Below are positions 1-13,300 of a DNA stretch of 64,000 nucleotides, piece by piece; the first letter of the stretch is position 1, and each line of letters opens with the position of its first letter. Under the pieces are notes generated by a model, which was not told where the DNA came from, ran no database searches, and saw only the letters and a program-made list of their open reading frames with translations. The stretch comes from Podarcis bocagei (lineage: Eukaryota), in NCBI GenBank assembly GCA_964188305.1, contig OZ076890.1. One strand, written 5' to 3'. A program made the position numbers and the translations under genes.

Positions 1-1027
1 AATTAGTATTCCAAGCAGTTTGTATTCTCAGTGTCAAGAAGATCATCAGTGTAATGTAAAATCTATTCTTAAGTTGACACATTAGTTTTCCCAAAAATAA
101 AATGAAAGCCTGCCCTTACTTCATAATTACAGTGTGATTTCTATTACTGATATTCAAGTGGAATCTTTGGTTAGTGAAGTTTACAGAAATTCGTATTTTA
201 AATGTCAAACTGCTAGCTGGTACAATTTCCATTGGACAATGATTCTCCAAAATCTCAGACGGAGGTCTTCCTAAAATCCTTTAATTCAAAGTACTGGTGG
301 CTGAAATGGGAACCTTATGCATGTGCTGAGACTTTTGAAATAGCATTCAGCCAAATAAGTGAGAAAAATGTCCTAGTGAGAAAAATGGGTTCTGTTTATT
401 ATGCTGGAGGGCATGCTACTGCTATGGGACATTAGGAATGGTTGTACTGCTCTTTCCACGTACCAGTAATCCTTAAACAAATGTGTGAGCAAGGACAATA
501 TTAAGCTCAATACCATCAAATTGCCTTTCAATTATAAGCCTCAGACCTAGGAATAGTTATCAAATCTCACTAAAATAAAAGATGCATACTAAGAAATAAA
601 CATGGTTTAGATTACAAAAGTAGTATCTTAAGGAATATATTAACCCATTATTATTCCAAGAGACACAATGCCTGAATCAGAACATCAATCCACAGAAAAC
701 CCTATTGACATTTGCTATGATTCAGAAGTAAACAGCAGGGTTTTCCTGGGAATGCAGCAGGGCAAGTGAAAAACCTCTCAGACCTGTGGTTAGAAAGCAT
801 GCAACAAGCAGACGTGTGGATGAGCCCATATGCAAAAAAACAGAACGGAGGTAAAAGCAATCAAGCCATTACTGAACTGCAACATCAAATTGAATGAAAA
901 TTTAATTCCCAACTTATCTTTCAACTTTCATCTAGCACATATAACAGGAAGTAGCCTTCTTTTTAAAAAGCTCTTATCCAGCACAACCTATAAATCAATT
1001 TATGAACTAAATTTAATAATTCCATTG

Positions 1028-1236
1028 CTGTGGTACCTCGGGTTACAAACACTTTGGGTTACAGACTCCGCTAACCTGGAAGCAGTACCTCGGGTTAAGA
1101 ACTTTCCCCCAGGATGAGAACAGAAATCGCGTGTTGGCGGCGCGGCAGCAGCGGGAGGCCCCATTAGGTAAAGTGGTACCTCAGGTTAAGAACAGACCTC
1201 TGGAATGAATTAAGTTTGTAACCAGAGGTACCACTG
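1028..1236. mobile_element. Tc1/mariner-superfamily (pogo/Tigger-like) MITE, family A copy 1
   Basis: TIRs c(t/a)gtggtacctcgggtta ... taaccagaggtaccactg; TA on the right and TG (mutated TA) on the left. Interior is the reverse complement of the copy at 20125-20350. Confidence 0.85.
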
Positions 1237-1586
1237 TACTTTGTCTTAGAGTATATCTGCACCACAGATGAAGTAATACTAATTCAATAGCTATTCTTCC
1301 TTCCTAGGAAACAAATGTCAAGTATTTTCAACACCCTCCTCAAAGTATGTTTAGAATCATACATTCTTGGAGGAAAGCCATGACAACTGAACTAGTTTCA
1401 AATCACTATGCCTTTGTAGTGTGAATATTCTTTCAATAGGCCAATAGAGCAGCCATAGAAAATAATAAATATAAGTGTTCTTTGTATGGCTTTCAGCATC
1501 AGCTTTCTCACCAGCGTTAGAAATATACCTTCATTTTAACATTTACATATAAACTTTGAAGATTACTGAAACATCAAAGTACTTAC

Positions 1587-1695
1587 CAACAGCAGATGAT
1601 ACAATTCCTGAGGGCCCAGACACTGGCTTTCCTTTCAACACTTGTATTAAATGGTTTACTGCTTTCCAGTCAGTATTTAAATCTTCTAATTTTCT
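1587..1695 (-). CDS. DMD: Dystrophin exon 50 ortholog (109 nt), end of R19 and start of hinge 3
   Basis: RKLEDLNTDWKAVNHLIQVLKGKPVSGPSGIVSSAV (human RKLEDLSSEWKAVNRLLQEL...). Acceptor tttcag|AGA, donor TTG|gtaagt; 109 nt as in human. Confidence 0.96.
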
Positions 1696-2133
1696 CTGAA
1701 ATGGGAAGACAGATATATTAAACATTTCATAAAGACCTGGGATGAAAAAGTGTACAGCACAGCTTTTTATATTATATGTCATTCTGTTAAAACAGCACAT
1801 ATGATAATGAAGCAGAAAATTGGAAAATTTAAATTTAAATTTAAAGCATATCTTGACTTGGGAGTAATCTGAACTGCTCTGTGCTGGGAAATGGGAGAAG
1901 AATCCTGGGCATTATTAAAGCAGGTAGAGGAAGTTCCAATAACATAACATGTAGTTCCCTTGCAGGCCAAACATTACTCCATTTGTGTGGTTAGCAACCA
2001 CTTCTGGTTTAAAAAATAATAAATTAGCAATACTTCAATTGATGTCAATGGAAGTTTTCCCTCAAAAACTAATTGTAGCACAGGAAAGGAGATTTCCATC
2101 TTGATCATGGCTGATGAGGGTATAAATGTTGTA

Positions 2134-2484
2134 AAGGTAAAGGGACCCCTGACCATTAGGTCCAGTCATGGCCGACTCTGGGGTTGCGGCGCTCAACTCA
2201 CTTTATTGGCTGAGGGAGCCAGCGTACAGCTTCCGGGTCATGTGGCCAGCATGACTAAGCCGCTTATGGTGAACCAGAGCAGCTCACGGGAACACCATTT
2301 ACCTTCCTTCCAGAGCGGTACCTATTTATCTACTTGCACTTTGACGTGCTTTCAAACTGCTAAGTTGGCAGGAGCAGGGACTGAGCAACGGGAGCTCACC
2401 CCATCGTGGGGATTTGAACTGCCGACCTTCTGATCGGCAAGTCCTAGGCTCTTTGGTTTAACTCACAGTGCCACCCGCGTCCCA
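2134..2484 (-). mobile_element. Full-length Sauria SINE (Squam1, lacertid-type)
   Basis: Minus strand starts GGGACGCGGGTGGCACTGTGAGTTAAACC (tRNA-like head) and ends in an (ACCTTT)n tail. 13-bp TSD tataaatgttgta at 2121-2133 and 2485-2497. Confidence 0.92.
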
Positions 2485-2556
2485 TATAAATGTTGTAGTC
2501 CCAAATAAAATTGATCACTCTACCCCTAGTAATAATTTTATTAAAAAACAAAAACA

Positions 2557-2750
2557 NNNNNNNNNNNNNNNNNNNNNNNNNNNNNNNNNNNNNNNNNNNN
2601 NNNNNNNNNNNNNNNNNNNNNNNNNNNNNNNNNNNNNNNNNNNNNNNNNNNNNNNNNNNNNNNNNNNNNNNNNNNNNNNNNNNNNNNNNNNNNNNNNNNN
2701 NNNNNNNNNNNNNNNNNNNNNNNNNNNNNNNNNNNNNNNNNNNNNNNNNN
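2557..2750. other. Assembly gap (194 N)
   Basis: Run of N characters. Confidence 1.
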
Positions 2751-5713
2751 TTCCCCACTGGAAACAAATGTAGCTTCAAAAGGACTGCAAAACAGGGATC
2801 CTGTATATCTTTGAAATTCAGTGCCTTTTGTAAGTAAGCAAGAAAGAGAAGATAATATCCCCACAGACTCTTCTATCAAACGTATTATTATATCCCCAAA
2901 CAGAGTGGCAGTACCCAACATTCACATGTAGTATGTGGTATTTTAAACACAATTTGACATTTTGTGAAAACAGATAGTCTAAATTCTGAAAACAGTGTTA
3001 TTCCCCAACTAAAAATATTTTTTTTAAGTAGCTAAGACATTGAGGATGACTGAATGTATGTGTAGCTGAAAACTTCTCATAATGTCAAGTACTGTCAATT
3101 TACAGTACTTATTTGAGGAAATGGGAACTGGCAGATTTGAATGCCCTCTTTTCTGTTTGCCCTTATCAATTACTTTTTGTCAACAAGATCTAAATATCTT
3201 ACCTCCTGTGCTAAGTATTGTGGGACCCATTTTTCCTCATTTTATTACAGTTCAACTCATTTATTGAGGAACAAAGAATTTTCAAACATACGAAGGAAGA
3301 ACAGTGAAGAAATCTAGGCTACTATTTTGTCATCTGACAAAACAGTAGCACTAAATATGCCATTTGAATTATAGTGTTCAGGTACTGCATTCTTATGGTA
3401 CAGATTAATCATCATTATCAAACCTTTTATTGGCATCACATACAAACATCCATAGTAAATCAATACAGAATTACCACCTCCCCAATGTCACAGAACATTT
3501 GTCAAATGAAAAGAGGCAAAACAGTCTAACGTTACATCTCTAGGTCTCTAGGGAGAGCACAGATTAATAGTATGATGAGACACAAAATTCATCAGATATT
3601 GATAACATTGAATCTTCTACACCCTCAAGCACATTTTAATTGTGAGAAGAGAGAATTAGGATATGCATGTGAATGAGTATGCTTGTTCTGGTATCCATTG
3701 AAATACTGTCTTGGAGCTCCCATCCACTGCTGTGTGTGGCCTGGTGCCTTCGTTTACATCTAGCAATCTGTACTAAGCACATCTGGAGCCATAGGACCTA
3801 GCAGGGAGAGATGAAGCAGTGACTTGCATGCCCCACACTCATACACAGGGACCCCAATCAATGGCCACTGAATACCAATCACTCAATCCAGGGGTTGCCT
3901 AAGTCCCTAGCTCTGATGTGCACATTTGAGATGCATGGGCTAAGATCATCTAACCAGGCTTCTGTGAGAAGTGATGGAACAAAACTAGTGCTAATAAGTA
4001 GCAAGATGTGAGATGCAGACTAGGATGATGTGCTCACTCCTTTCCCCAATGTGTCCATTTGCCCATTGCCATAAGCATTCAGGTAGGCTTCTGTGCAAGA
4101 TAAGATGGGATAGGGAGCAGTGGTAGTTGCTTCTGATCTTTGAAATGATAACCTGCCTTCTTGACGCAACAGGTACCCGACCCTGCCAATTACAGATCCT
4201 AGGCCTTGCAACAAGTGCTGCAAGAAGTGTTCCATCTTTTTCATTTTTCAGGGTCAAACTGTGCAACACTGCCTAATAAGTAAGCCAAATTTATTACAAG
4301 GAAAATACCATGTTACTTGCAATAGTCTACCAGTAGAATTATTTAATATTATCTGTATTTATTGAAATAAGCTTCAACATATATAAGAAACATGGCTTTT
4401 GAGCATACTGTACTCTTTAGTCTAAATGTTTCTTTTTATCTATGTAGCAAATTAAATCAGCTCATGTTTTGTGTAGAAAGGACTATTAGTCATCCTTGTA
4501 ATAAATACACAGATGAGGGATATGTTCCCCCACCATAGGAAACTGCTAACTTTATTTATTTTTAAAAATATTTCCATTATATATTTGAAAGCAGTGACGG
4601 TATTCTTGTGTAATTGTACATGGTAAAGAGCCGAACTGTACGTGAAATTACCATAGATAGCTATGAGCTGTATGGCTCACCACTGAAAGCTGATGCTATA
4701 CCTCCAAGAAGAAAAGTACAAATACCTGTAGGATTTCAAACATGGTACTACTAGCAGCTGAGATGGGGAGTCACCAGTGAAATGGGACAGAGTTAAACAT
4801 TCCCATATTCCCACACTGCTACTACTGGGGTGCCAACTTGAATAAAATAGGGGGGCAGCTAAGCCCAACTCTTCCTGGCATCTCAACTTCACTATGAAGT
4901 GATATAGTCTTGGGAGGACTATATTTTAATTTGGGCAAAAGATATGGATGTGAGGGTTTGAATTAATGGATTGGATTCCAGACTTGCTCCTTCCATTTAC
5001 AAAAGGAACTGGGATACAATGGAGGCTTTCTGATGGAGGAACAGGGTAGTTTTCACCAAAGCCCCTGCGGCCACCAGCAGCACTCTCCACACTGTTCTAG
5101 AGGTCTTCCAACCTTCGAGAGCAGCTTTTGGGGAGATACGGGCGGGTGCCCAGGGAAGGAAGATTGATAAATATTGCTTCCCTGAAGCTTTTTTTCCTAT
5201 GCAAACAAAGTTGAGCATGTCTCGATTCAATCCATTGTATTGTATCTATAGGAAGTAAATAATATTTTAAAAATTAAACAGCTCACATTTTAAAATTAAA
5301 AAAGCAAACATGAAGAAAAAATAGACTCATAGTATGATACACTGTATAAGCAAGGGCAAACTTCTTATCACAGTCTATCTATAGAAGTCTGAAGCTGATT
5401 TAAACTAAGGTCCTACATTTTATCCTGCTTCAGTGCTGAATATGGTAGCTGCAACAGAAATCTGATTTAACAACAACAACAAAAATTATAATGACCCATC
5501 AAACACTACATCCTCAAACATATCCAGAGCTACTTTTAGCAGAAGGGGACCCGTGCCGCTCAATTTGATGGAAGAAGTGGAAAGGACCTGGCACAAGGCA
5601 GTCTATGAATGGCAAATAAAGAAAGGAAGATGGCATAAAAGGTGGCCCAGCCTTCTCCCTTTCTCTCCTACCCACCTCACACACTATTCACACATGATGG
5701 GCAAAGTTTTCCC

Positions 5714-5860
5714 CAGTGCTTTTTTTCTTAAAAAAATGTTTAGGGATGTTCTCATTTTCCTACTCATATTGAAATACTGCCCCTCAATGAGGCCAAACTT
5801 AGATTCACAAAATGTTTAGGGGTATGTGTACCCCTGCGTCCCCCCAGAAAAAAAGAACTG
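5714..5860. mobile_element. hAT-type MITE (147 bp)
   Basis: TIRs cagtgcttttttttct ... agaaaaaaagaactg; perfect 8-bp TSD gttttccc (5706-5713 and 5861-5868). Confidence 0.9.
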
Positions 5861-5959
5861 GTTTTCCCTGGCAGAATTGTAGTTTGCGTTTTGAATGGGA
5901 CTACTTTATTGATCAGGTGGAAGAAACTGAAAATTGAATAAGATTTAGAGAGGCTTTGC

Positions 5960-6365
5960 ATCAGCTGCCAACATGTTATCATTCCCAATTCAAGGTGTTG
6001 ACTTTAATGTATAAGGCCCTGGGTGATTTGAGACCCTACACCAACCTGCCCATGGATTAAGATATGCAGTTAGGCCCTTCTCATGATGTAGCCCATAAGT
6101 GAGGCACACTGTGTTGTGACTTGGGATACAGCCTTTTCAGCAGTGGCTCCCTAGCTATGCAACTCACTCCCTCCTGAGATTTGATTGGTGCTGTTGTTGG
6201 CTATCTTCCAACAGCAATTATTTATTTTTATTCTCACAATGGGGACTGATCCATTATCAGCTGAGCTGGAAACTTTACTGAATTATTGGGGTTTTTATAT
6301 TTTACTTTTTAAAATCTGCTCTGGGATCATGAAAGTGATGGAGGGTGGGATATAAGAATAAGCAA
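5960..6365 (+). mobile_element. Degraded L2-type LINE 3' fragment
   Basis: caattcaaggtgttgactttaatgtataaggccctg (QFKVL..YKAL motif) followed by the ...gccttttcagcagtggctcc... segment typical of squamate L2 3' ends. Confidence 0.6.
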
Positions 6366-6528
6366 TAAAAATGAAATCTAAAAAGCTTTAGCTGAAAGCA
6401 TAACATGTATTTCTCTGGTACCTTAGAAAGACTCAAAGTTTCAAATACATTGCATCAAGGACAATTGTACAACAGGGGAGGCATAACCCATTATGCAGTA
6501 ATAGATATTACGAAGGTTGCTTCATTAC

Positions 6529-6630
6529 CGTTACGGGTTGAGTGGCTGGTTTTTCTTTGTATAAATGACGCCCTTTAGACAAAATCCCTTCCACATCCGG
6601 CTGTTTAGCTATCACGGCTGCTTCAATTTC
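6529..6630 (-). CDS. DMD: Dystrophin exon 49 ortholog (102 nt), not in the ORF track
   Basis: Read manually: EIEAAVIAKQPDVEGILSKGRHLYKEKPATQPVT (human ETEIAVQAKQPDVEEILSKGQHLYKEKPATQPVK). Acceptor tttcag|GAA, donor ACG|gtaatg. Confidence 0.97.
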
Positions 6631-9017
6631 CTGAAAAATAAAAATACACAGTGTAGATTACCTCTACTCTAAGCAATAAAATCAAAGTCTGAAGGCTCCC
6701 TGGGAAGCTGTATACACCCTGTAGATTAGTTTCTTCTTTGGAGTAGTAATGGGAATAGTTCAGCAAAACAGCAATGAAGGAAACGGGGAGATTATTGCAA
6801 AATAAAATACAGGTCATATGGCATAAATGTAGTAAAATAAATAGTAATATAGGCAGTCACCCATGAAGGTTTCAGTAAACCAATGTCACAGAATTTAGTC
6901 AAAATGCAAACAAGAAATAGCAAATCATTTAAGAGAAACTATTCCACACCAGCAGCTGACCTTGCAAAAATTGGGAGAGGTTAATGGGACCACAGAAGAC
7001 TCTTTAAACAGCTTTCCTAAACCATTCTCTTAATAAAAAACCGCTTGGTGGTGTTGTTGTTTTGAAATGCATGGATTCCGTCTTATTAAAAATAACTTAG
7101 TTTTATGTTAATTTGATTTAAATTGGTTACTTGTCAGTGTTAGGAAAAGAACATATTCTTCATAGTTAATGTCAGGAAAGAGCAGAAATTCATTACTACT
7201 GAGGGACATCTACTTAAGGCATGAGCAACCTAGAGGCTTTTGGAGAGCTGGCCCTGTTGGTGGAATACCCAGGTCCACAAACCACTGATATTGCTCTAAA
7301 AATTCAGACCCAAAACTGGCTAGTAAAGAGCTGGAAAAACACTTCATGTTAGGGCTTGGGATGCTACTGTAAAGACAAAAAACACAGGGATCTTATTTAC
7401 CGTAATTATCAGAATTGCCAATTGCTTAGGAGTAAGCCCCATTAAACTCACTGGAATAAACTGCTGAGTAGGGATGGATTGGTCTGTAGCAGGCATGTTT
7501 CATATGAGTTTAAAAAGGGGGGGGGATGTTCTCTTTGTAAGCTCATCAGCACAGTGCCATGCTCTAACCAACTGAGCTATCCAAGCTGATATAACTAGTA
7601 GGCATTTTAACAAAACAGAATTTTAAAAAACCACAAGTAGCAGGTCTCAGAATTCTCTCCCAAGCACAGCCTGTCTTGCTTTTTCTCTATTGGTTGATTG
7701 TAAATTGGTTAAGAAAAAAACCCCTTCCTTTTTAGGAAACTTTAGGCATCACTATTTTATGGAACTGATTTCACCTGTCTGATTTTTTAATAATCTTCAT
7801 TCCTTATGTATTCTGTTATTTCCTGCTGCGGTTTTAGTATTAATGTATCATTTTATCTTGCAGGCACCTTGAACTTTTTGGAGGAAAGAATGGATATAAA
7901 TATTTTAAATAAACAATCACCCTTTCACCTGAGACATGTATGTAAATGGCATTAATGTTAGAAGGGATGCCTTTTAATTTAAATTACAAGGAAAGGGCCA
8001 TGACTAACATAACATTTGACAGATGGGGCTTTTTCGTTATTCTTTTTCTAAAGGGAAACCTCACTATGATGCAGTGCTATATGGCTTACTGAAACAGGTT
8101 TTTTTTTCTTTTTCCTTCTGTAGTTTGATCTACTTCTGGCAGCTTTTTCAAATGCTTCCTTTCTGTTATGCCACTAGCTATACACAGTGACTATCTTTCT
8201 TTTTTATCCCATCTCAGTCATCTGTCCCAGTAGACAAAACTGTACTGCAAAAGTTTGACACTAGACAAAATTGTACAGCAAGGTGTTCACTGTCTTGGAA
8301 TTCAACCAAATCATGTCAATGATGGAGAAATGAAAAATGCATTCTGCTCTTTAAAGTGTCCAGTTCAATGTCATTCTAAATATTTGCAAAGTATCATTTC
8401 ATTCTTCAGCTTTCTGTTGTCAAGTTGCTCTTGATGTTTGCCTGACAGTTTTTCTTGGTTTTTTTTTAAAACCTTTCATGTCCTAACGTCTTCTGTCTAC
8501 TAGTATTTATCCTTTGGCATATTTTATCAAGTATTTTATAATTCCCACTTTCAAATAATTAAATACCTTTTCAGTCCAACTAATAGGTTTTTATTCCTGA
8601 TTAGTGTATTTAGAATAAGTTAGATTTTCCTTCTCTTGCTATTCCTTTATTATTCTGTTTACCTTGACATACTTCAAAATACTCCAAGAGACCAACTAAA
8701 ATTTAGATATTTTAAAAACTGATATATAGCCACCCTTCCATACCCCATGCAAACAAGGAACAATAAGTCACTGCAATGTAAATGAAGGCTGTGTATTAAT
8801 GGTTCAACTTTGAGTAAAGCTTAGTTGAATATCACCCTTAGAAACTCCGCTGCACCATCCTTGTAAACCTTTGTTTTAGAAAGGTTTCTCAAAAGTAAAG
8901 TCCATTTTCAAGCTGAACCTATTTTTCCTCTGAAGCTTAAGTTTGAGTTAAGCCCAACATTGAAATATACTGCACTGTCAAAACATTTAGAGGTTATTAA
9001 CCACTTAAAGGTTTTTC

Positions 9018-9044
9018 TCAATCAATCAATCAATCAATCAATCA
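9018..9044. repeat. (TCAA)n microsatellite
   Basis: Direct reading. Confidence 0.9.
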
Positions 9045-11065
9045 AGTGGTATATAAATTTTGTTAAATAAATAAGTATCAAAACATGATGGGTTCCAGGT
9101 TAAGTTACTTCCTCTTAGTTCCCATTTCAATCTTAACTAGTCTAGCCATGCCTACTCAAAAGTAAGTCCTATTGAATTCAGAGTAATCCAGGTAAACTGG
9201 GTTGGGACTGAGTATACATGGCTAGTATTGCACTGCACTGTCAGTCATGATTTAAGTCCCACTAATTTCAGTGCATACCAAGTGCAGTAAATTTACAATG
9301 GTTTTCTATACATATTTATTTGGAAGTTAATTCCAGAGTGCTCAGCAGGATCCAATCCTAGTTAAGTGTGTATGGGGTTGCAACCTTAATCTGCGCACAG
9401 TCCTTAAATTTACTTTTTACATTTATTGTTAGCACTTCTATCCCATCTTTCTGTTAAAAAAATATACAAAAGCATACATTTTGTTCAGCAGTCAACAGAA
9501 GCATTTTTAATTTCTGACACACAAAAATCCATTATTAATAGCTTGCTAGCAATGTTCTCAATGGATTTATTCTTTGTAAAACATATGAGTGCATGAGTGA
9601 ACTTCACAAGAATGCATAGCTCAGAATCAGTTTTAGGGACCTAATACTGACATCTTGTTATAGTCTTCCATGAATAAATCCTTATTGTTTCCTTTAATAA
9701 TCCTTTTGTTTTCATTTATTTCAAAGACGAGGAAGAAAGACAAGTTGCTTTCACTTCTGGATGATATTCAAAGGCTCATAGATAGACTTGTTGTGAATGT
9801 TATGATGATCCTACAGTTTCTTTTCTGAAATACTTCAAGCTTTTTAAGTATTTGCAAATGCCACAGCAAATTATTTATTTTGAAATTAAAGTATTTCACA
9901 AACTCTCAGATGTTTTTCTCCTGCACTATTTTCCCTAAGCAAATAAAATCCTAGACATTTTAGAACATTTCTGTTCTACTTCCATCTTACTTGCAATGTA
10001 TTCCCAAGTTTGAGAATAAACAGTGTAACATTAATATAGACAGCTTATATATGCATTCATTTCATATAATCAATAGTTGATACAAATAGGTGATTTATTC
10101 GTAGCTCTAGCAGTCAGCAAAATGGCTAGTTATCTACCTTACTAATTTGATTTACTTGCTCAGTTTTTGCAAGCATAGATCTATGAATCACCATTCAGCT
10201 CTAGAACCAGTTTTTGGTAGACATTTTTGGGGTGAGTTATACACAGCTGGGGCTCATGTCTGCTCCATGCTGCAACTAGGGAGATCAGATACAAACACAG
10301 TGTGGCTGGGAGTGGCCTCGTGGCCTGGCCAGCTATCTGATCCTTTCCCATCTTCTTCCCTGCCCACATAAAGAGCAAAGATTGCTAAAAGAAGGAGGTC
10401 AGAAGGAAGAGGCTACAGAAAGGAGATTGAAGACTAATGGGAACACATGGACAGGCTTTGTTTTATATTGAGTGACTTTTTTGGCAGGAGCTCCATTCTA
10501 CCTCAAATCAGCAACTTTTACACCAAGAATTGAAGGCCATGACAGTTCAGCACAGCGTGACTTCTGCTTACCTAAACTTAAGATAATTACACAGCCTTCT
10601 TTCCATGACTAAGTAGATAGTGCCCTCCTACTCATATATACTGAAAAAACATTAATTGCTCTTTTGTGCTAATTGTCTAGAATATAGTCAGTCTTCCCTG
10701 CAGAAAGTAAGTTTTTTGGAAAGATTCCTCATGAATCCTTCTTTGCTATAAACTATTTTTTGAAACGAATGCCTTCAGAAAAGTGATTCTAACATGACAT
10801 ACATCTTCAAAAAGCCAATTCATATACACTATGAAGATCTATTTTTGACATTTGTCTCCCTTTACTGTGTATGTTATTGCCTTTAAAAAGTTATTTCTTA
10901 CCCCCAAAAGTGCTAGGAAATATTGGTACTTTGGTACTCGTCCTTATTTAAGTGCAGGAGATGCTATTAAGGCAAAGCCCCACTGGTCCTGATATTTTGC
11001 TGTATGAATATTCTTCAGAGTCACGTAAGGACTCAGCTACATTCATAAAGATAAAGTGTTTTATA

Positions 11066-11265
11066 CAGTTGTACCATGGATCTGAAATGCTTTGTGAGTG
11101 TTCCGGTTTTCGAATGGTTTTCAGGAGCCGAACATCTGGCACAGCTTCCGATTGGGTGCAGGTTGCTCCTGCAGCCAATCAGAAGCCACACCTTGGTTTT
11201 TGAATGGTTCTGGGAGTTAAAGAGACGCCCAGAACACATTCTGTTCAAGAAGCAAGGTATGACTG
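11066..11265. mobile_element. Tc1/mariner-superfamily MITE, family B copy 1
   Basis: TA|cagttgtaccatgg ... gcaaggtatgactg|TA; internal inverted ctgcagccaatc motif shared with the copy at 49745-50423. Confidence 0.85.
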
Positions 11266-11359
11266 TATGCGTTATAACACTGACACCAGATGGCACTGCA
11301 GAGTCCCACCTTTCACCAACAGGATTTCCCTTTATGAAGGGGTAGGAGCCACAACACTC

Positions 11360-11720
11360 AAGATCTGATTCCTACACTGTGTGGAACAGACCTCCTGATA
11401 AGATGGTATCTGCAGGAGGACCTCATCTGCAAAGCACAGTGATCAATTGTATGTATACAATCTTTTAGGCATCCAGATCCCAAGCTGAATTGGGCTTTAT
11501 ACACCAGAACCAGAACCTTGAATGTCAGCTTGTGCAACTTTTTCGGTAGTGTCATAACATGGTAGGGAAATCTTGTCCCAGTGAGCAGCCAAGACTCCAC
11601 ATTTTGCAGCTTCCAGGCCAATCTGAAGAGCAGTCGTACCAGTGCACTGAGAACAACAGTCTCGCTATCCTGGTCTAGAAATGGCTGTAGCTGTTTTACT
11701 AGCCCAAGGTGGTAGAAAGC
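11360..11720 (-). mobile_element. Degraded L2 LINE ORF2 C-terminal fragment
   Basis: ORF-track peptide contains FKVLVLVYKAQFSLGSGCLKD, the L2 FKVL..YKAL..LGP.YL.D motif. Confidence 0.65.
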
Positions 11721-11724
11721 AGTG

Positions 11725-11852
11725 TCTTTCCAGGGTTTTCAAGCAGAGGTCACATCAACTGCCACCTGATTCTTTTAGCTACAGTAGGTGCCAGGGACTG
11801 AAATTGGGATATTCTGCTTTCTAAGCATGTGCTCAATTACTGAGCTATTGCT
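11725..11852 (-). mobile_element. Degraded tRNA-derived SINE head
   Basis: Reverse complement resembles a tRNA A/B-box head (...tagctcagtaattgagcacatgctt...tcccaatttcagtccctggcacc). Confidence 0.45.
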
Positions 11853-12799
11853 TTCATAAGAATGTGCTGAACTGAAAATAATTATTGACACTACTGAGAT
11901 ATGAATAAAAAGGAAAAGAACCAGTGCTGAATTCTATTGATTAGAACCGTGACATTCATTACAAGAATACATTACACATAAAGGACAACGCCTGTTTAAC
12001 TTTACTATTCATCTGCCACTGGTATATTTTTAAAAGGGAAATTAGCTCTTCTTTTGGTCAGTCTAATTCAGGAAGGTGATCTAATTAATTTTTCTTCATG
12101 CTTTGTTTTCATTCATATCCCTTTTGTTGGCATTCTTATCTTTTACCGTAAAAGCAATCTGCTGTCAATTAAATGTATTGTGATAAATAGCATGCACACA
12201 ATGATTAGCATATTAACATGATAGATGCTTCCCCTGATACTCATCTCTATAACTTATCAAAGTCTTTATTTTATCCTTACAAATTGTTACTGAAGAAATT
12301 ATTATGGGGCAAAAATCATTATAAATATGGAGCGGTTTGCTGTTGATGGGATATATATTTAGTAAGATAGCTATTCTGTGTATATAAAGCATAAGATTAG
12401 CCTATTTTAAATCTAGGTCTCTCAACTACTGAATTCTACCATAAATAAAATTCCCTAATTAAGCTAAGCTTAGCTGTATGGTAAGTAGCTAAGATATTCC
12501 TAAAATACCTGAGCTGCCTTACAACATATAATTACTTATAAAATTAATCACATCAGCTACTTCAGAACATTACTGGCAGAGATTCATGTTGGCCACTTCA
12601 TTGAGCTCTCAGAATTCTCACACATTTTCTTTATAAATATTTTCCATTATTAGCCCTATTCTGTGACAACTGCTGGATTCCTGAAATCTCTTGCTAGATT
12701 TGTCAGGAACTTTTTGCCCACATACTATGTATGTGTGCTCCACGTTTTCCTGGATGAAACCGATTTCTCTACTCATTTCAATCTGGCTTCAAATCTGGT

Positions 12800-13300
12800 C
12801 ATGAGAATGAAATGGGAATGGTTGCCTTGGTGGATGACCACTGCCAAATATTAGACAGGGGGAGCACATCCCTGCTGATGCTGCAGATGCTCTCAGTAGT
12901 ATTTTGTACATTTGACTATGGTATGGTTTGTCTGTTTGAGCTAGGCACTAGAGAAACCACTTTGCAGTGGTTCTGGCTCTCCATGAAGGCATGTTTCAAG
13001 AAGATGATGCTGGGTGACTTTGGTTCGACCTCATGGCCGTTGCCTTGTGGGATTCCTCAAGATTCTACTCTATACCCCATGCTTTTGAATATCTACTTGA
13101 AACCACTAAGAGAGGTTATTGGGAGTTTTGAGGTACAGTGTCTCAAATATTTGTAAGAAGACAACCCGCAAGAGGTTGCCACCTTATGAAGCCCACCACT
13201 TCTGGAACTTCCTCCTACAGAAGATTTGTATGTCTCTCACACTGCTTACATTTAGGCAGCCAGTTAAAACATTTATTTTTAATTATGCTTTTGAGCCACC
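12800..13300 (+). mobile_element. Degraded L2 LINE reverse-transcriptase fragment
   Basis: Peptide ALVDD..DRG..LQWF..CGIPQDSTLYPMLLNIYLKPLREVIGSF corresponds to the RT motif GVPQGS.L.P.LFNIY.KPL of L2/CR1 elements. Confidence 0.8.

Noticed and set aside
2444-2921. ORFs spanning the N run
   Set aside because: Artefacts of the assembly gap.
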